Assembly: GCA_032718475.1 (NCBI GenBank)
Contig: JAUCBJ010007351.1
Coordinates: 1 to 36,030, forward strand
Origin: Nemertoderma westbladi
Taxonomy: Eukaryota > Animalia > Xenacoelomorpha
Direction: 5' to 3'
DNA: 36,030 bases
Every line of letters begins with the position of its first letter. The stretch's first letter is position 1. Below the pieces are notes generated by a model, which was not told the origin of the DNA, ran no database searches, and saw nothing but the letters and a program-made list of their open reading frames with translations. Below, in pieces: positions 33,584 to 36,030 of the stretch. The translations under genes were made by a program, and so were the position numbers.

Positions 33584-36030
33584 TCTATCAGGAATAATAC
33601 TCTAGAATCATAAATTTTTCACTCAACCAAGGTTGTTTAACTTTGAAATAAAAATTTGAACGGAAGAAAAAGAGAAGAATGGTTAACCTGAAAGTCAATT
33701 TTATACTTACTTTTAGATTGGAACTTTAACTATAACAAGTTTAGTTAAAATGTTCCCAAGAGATATTAAACTGGAATCCATTCCGGATCTTGAACCGCGG
33801 CGGTTCGTTAAAGGCGAGGTACGGCTTCGGGGAAGATCTCGTAACGATTAGGAGAGGTTTATATACCCCAACGATCGATTAATTTCCTGCCTCCCTGTGG
33901 GGCTTCAATCCATGTCTGAGCAATTTATACAACGGTTCTCGGTCCATAAAACCCACGGAATAGAGGCAGGCAGCACGATGAAAGTACCCCAGGTAAGTAA
34001 ATTATATAAGCCGAATGATACGGCTATTCGGTGACAATGGAAGCTCAACTGGTTGATAGCAATCAAATCGGGCTATTTCCTAGGAAATAGTAGTGGGCTA
34101 CCGTAGATTACAATTTTAAGTTTAATAAGACAGAAATGCGAAAGGAATCCATTAGACAGAGCCAACAGAATAGCTAGAATTGCGGTAGTAAAGTTACCAT
34201 TCGAAAGGAATTTTTAAGATAATCTGAATTCTTTTAACGATAAAAAAATACTGAATGACAGGTCAACCAACCCAAGCCGAGTTGGAACTGCAGATAACCA
34301 AACTACATACAACATTGTTATTACGATATTACAATATGAAATTAGATTTCGTCCAGTAGGGAAATAATTGTGTAAGTTGTGTCATAACCCCTCATAAACG
34401 GAGGACAACTACGACTCTTGCCACAGCTCATGGCCATTTTTGTTGCATTTACATATTCTCTTACTGAACTTAACACCCTGAAAGTATGCTAGAGTGAATT
34501 GGAGGAAAGTAAAACTATATAATCAGCCAATTAATTATTTATAGGTAAAAAATTTACAAATATATAAATTTGTGTTGGCTGAAAACGGGACGAAAATATG
34601 TTGCGACCAATTAAACCAAATCTCAACGTTTAGTTTAAAAGGATCTCAACCAACATACAAGGAGATCCGGCGGTTAGCAATAGTGAAAATCATATCAAAT
34701 TTCGCGGTATCTAAAAATGAAACGGATTCCGGTAATTGCCCATTCACAATGTGGCGATACGTAGGTACTAGGTAGGTTTAACAACGATAAAGGCTTAATT
34801 CTATGTTCTGTGATCTGGCAATCCAAATAAATATAATAATTATAATATAATTAATTACTGAATATGGCGTGCTTCGCTTGTGATATTTATCTCTTATGCT
34901 CTTTTTTTTTACATATAGCACTACAGCATTATTGATTGACAAGTATATTGTTTATAACATTTTGTGTTCGATAAAAAACGTATCGGAAGATATTTTAATA
35001 TTCAACCTATGACCCGATTGTATTTATGTAACAAATGAGGTTTAGATAAATAAACGGGGGTCTTTAACGTTTAACCCTTTCATACAATGATGTACGTACG
35101 TAATTGTGTTACATTATGTCTAATTATCGGGGTTGGGAACGCTTAATTAATCACTTTAACGTTTAGAAATATTGTTGAAATTCAGATACAATTATATACA
35201 AAACTTCCACTAACTGTTCCAATTTTCCACTACTTTGGTGCTCAAGAAGTGACTAGAAAAAGATTACTGTTACTAAGGTAGTGATAAAGTGATTACTATT
35301 AACTTTGCAGCGTTCAGTCCTATAGGCTGCAACGCTGCAAAAAGTACTTTGTTACGTTATGCGGATATCACCGGAACGTTGATAAGTTACATAATTTAAC
35401 AAAATAATTAAACTTCAATTAAAAATACAGCAAAATTTAGAAAGGATAAATGTAATGGGACTTGGAAATGAACCAAAAAAATGAGGCAAAATAAAGAGAA
35501 AAAGGACCTCAGTGACTCCTGCTGGGCATCTCTAGCGGTTACAATTAACTGTACAGCCTTTAAGCGGCCCACTTCACACAAGGTAACATTTTTTTCCAGT
35601 AACTTGTTTCAGCAACATTTTTTAGACACCTGGAAATTACATTATGTTTAGGAAAACTTTGAATCAGCATTAAATGGCTCGAAATTTAACTTTTAATGAA
35701 TCAATTTTTAAATAAACACATCAAAATCTACTTAGGGAAACAAAAATTTATCGTAATAAATTGTTACGTCTACTAAGATAAACAAAAACACAATTAATAA
35801 TAATAATGAAAACCTTTAGTAAATAATTAATTAAGATAAACATGAATTGGAATTGTTAAATTTAAATAAAAGAGCACAAGACGTAATTAATAAAACTTTA
35901 TTCTGTCAAGTTTCTCGTAACACTGTGTAAATGGACAATACCTGACCGGACTAATTGGCAATAATAATTAAGAATGATTAAAAGGGATTACTAAATAATT
36001 ATTTTGGCAGTCTAGAATGATAAATTTACA

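Noticed and set aside
35304-35341. Hairpin TTTGCAGCGTT...AACGCTGCAAA resembling a bacterial terminator
   Set aside because: Eukaryotic context with no adjacent gene end; more likely a TE terminal stem-loop.

Overview
AT-rich, repeat-dense genomic DNA from a eukaryote, most likely an invertebrate animal. Three host-type genes are visible. The first three coding exons of a nicotinic acetylcholine receptor (Cys-loop) subunit lie on the minus strand (33583-31321), and I could not find its remaining exons in the 31 kb downstream. An intronless, secreted, probably GPI-anchored Cys-rich protein lies on the plus strand (19663-20382) and may be a divergent Ly6/three-finger protein. A 15-finger C2H2 zinc-finger minisatellite gene (4322-6071) is broken by two identical CAA>TAA stops and a frameshift. 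The rest is mostly transposon material: an apparently intact two-ORF CR1/L2-group LINE whose ORF2 starts with a PHD finger, RTE-type LINE pieces with a (TAG)n tail, CRE-like, Gypsy, L1/Tx1-like and CR1 fragments, several MITEs and Helitron/HINE-like repeats. The main points of interest are a minimal hammerhead ribozyme at 18189-18248 (-), the possible antisense nesting of a Ly6-like gene in an nAChR intron, and a foldback-like inverted-repeat pair enclosing a tail-to-tail RTE chimera whose 5' UTR is a chain of hairpins. All calls were made by eye, without database searches.
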